This document shows positions 63,204 through 64,000 of a stretch of DNA of 64,000 nt, piece after piece (position 1 is the first letter of the stretch; every line of letters begins with the position of its first letter). This stretch comes from Felis catus (taxonomy: Eukaryota). The notes beneath the pieces were generated by a model. The model did not search any database. It saw only the letters and a program-made list of their open reading frames with translations, and was not told the origin of the DNA. The translations under genes were made by a program, and so were the position numbers. Where the stretch lies: the NCBI RefSeq assembly GCF_018350175.1, contig NC_058368.1:231944001-232008000 (forward strand), given 5' to 3'.

Positions 63204-64000
63204 AACTTTTCTTTTTCTTTTTTTTAATAGTTCTTATTTGTTCATATTTATTAAGACTTCTTTAGTCTTTTTTAGTGTTTCCTAATACCTAGGGACAAGT
63301 CTACATCATTTCAAATTAACTCATGTAATCTTAAGCCATGGTTTTTATCTCCACGTTACAGATGATGGAACTTGAGGCTCACGTTGGAGCTAGTTGGGAC
63401 CCAGGCGCTCTGGGTTTGTGCCAAGCTCTCTGAAATGTGCCTCCCTACACGGGTGTGTAGGGCAGGGCTGGGCTATGTTAGGCAGAGGAGCACTGCAGGA
63501 AGAGTCCTTAACCTTTTGCAGGGCAGAAGCCGGCAGTCAGACCTCCTGCAGTCCTGTCCAACCCCCCTCCCTGTTGGGGAGGGATTTGCCAAACTGATGC
63601 AGTCTGACGGTCCTTTTTCTGGACTCACACTTCCAAATTGTTCCTTTTGTGTTTTCCTGAACATCTATCCACCATCGCCTGGCTTTTGATATTTTGAAAT
63701 ACAGGAATTCAAAACAATTAGGGATTATTTTTCAACCATGGAGACCTTTCCTGTCACGTCCCGAAGGACCTTTCCACATTTCAGGCTAATGAACTGAAGA
63801 ATAAAATAACCATATGTTCCCAGCATGTCTGAATTTCATAGTATCGCATTATGTGCTAATCGTTCGATGCTTTTGTGGCAGCGGATTCAGGGTCTTTATT
63901 GACTTGTGATTGTGAAATCTCCCCTAATAGGCTGATTTCCTGCCGGTGAACTTGTAGTTTTCCGCAGAAATTCTCCTGAAACTTGCTGTAAGCGCCATTC

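Larger units (their letters stand above)
1..64000 (+). other. RBM47: Mostly intronic 5' region of a large + strand gene; tentatively RBM47
   Basis: One strong non-coding exon at 20222-20300, no coding exons, promoter-like segment about 26 kb downstream. Gene name rests only on my recollection of human RBM47 (short non-coding exon between very long introns, internal alternative promoter); needs BLAT. Confidence 0.4.

Noticed and set aside
1..64000. A novel multi-gene system, operon, CRISPR array or intact retroviral insert
   Set aside because: Felid intronic DNA; no ORF above about 170 aa, no regularly spaced repeat-spacer array and no gag/pol/env-like peptides.

Overview
This is mammalian (felid) nuclear DNA, not prokaryotic: it carries about 40 carnivore tRNA-derived CAN-SINEs, several of the cat-type young subfamily, plus L1, L2, MIR, hAT/Tigger DNA-transposon and MaLR LTR relics and microsatellites. 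I find no supportable protein-coding exon; the supplied ORFs are chance, SINE-derived, low-complexity or decayed L1 ORF2. The window looks like two large introns of a + strand gene separated by one 79-nt exon (20222-20300) with stops in all three frames, plus a candidate internal promoter near 46.65-47.0 kb. From memory this layout resembles the 5' region of RBM47, which I could not verify. I do not see a new biological system. The best leads are a six-unit heat-shock element overlapping a STAT site, the candidate promoter, a nested inverted SINE pair, a 5'-inverted L1, very young SINE insertions and non-B DNA tracts. Repeat family names come from remembered consensus sequences, and boundaries of old repeats are approximate.
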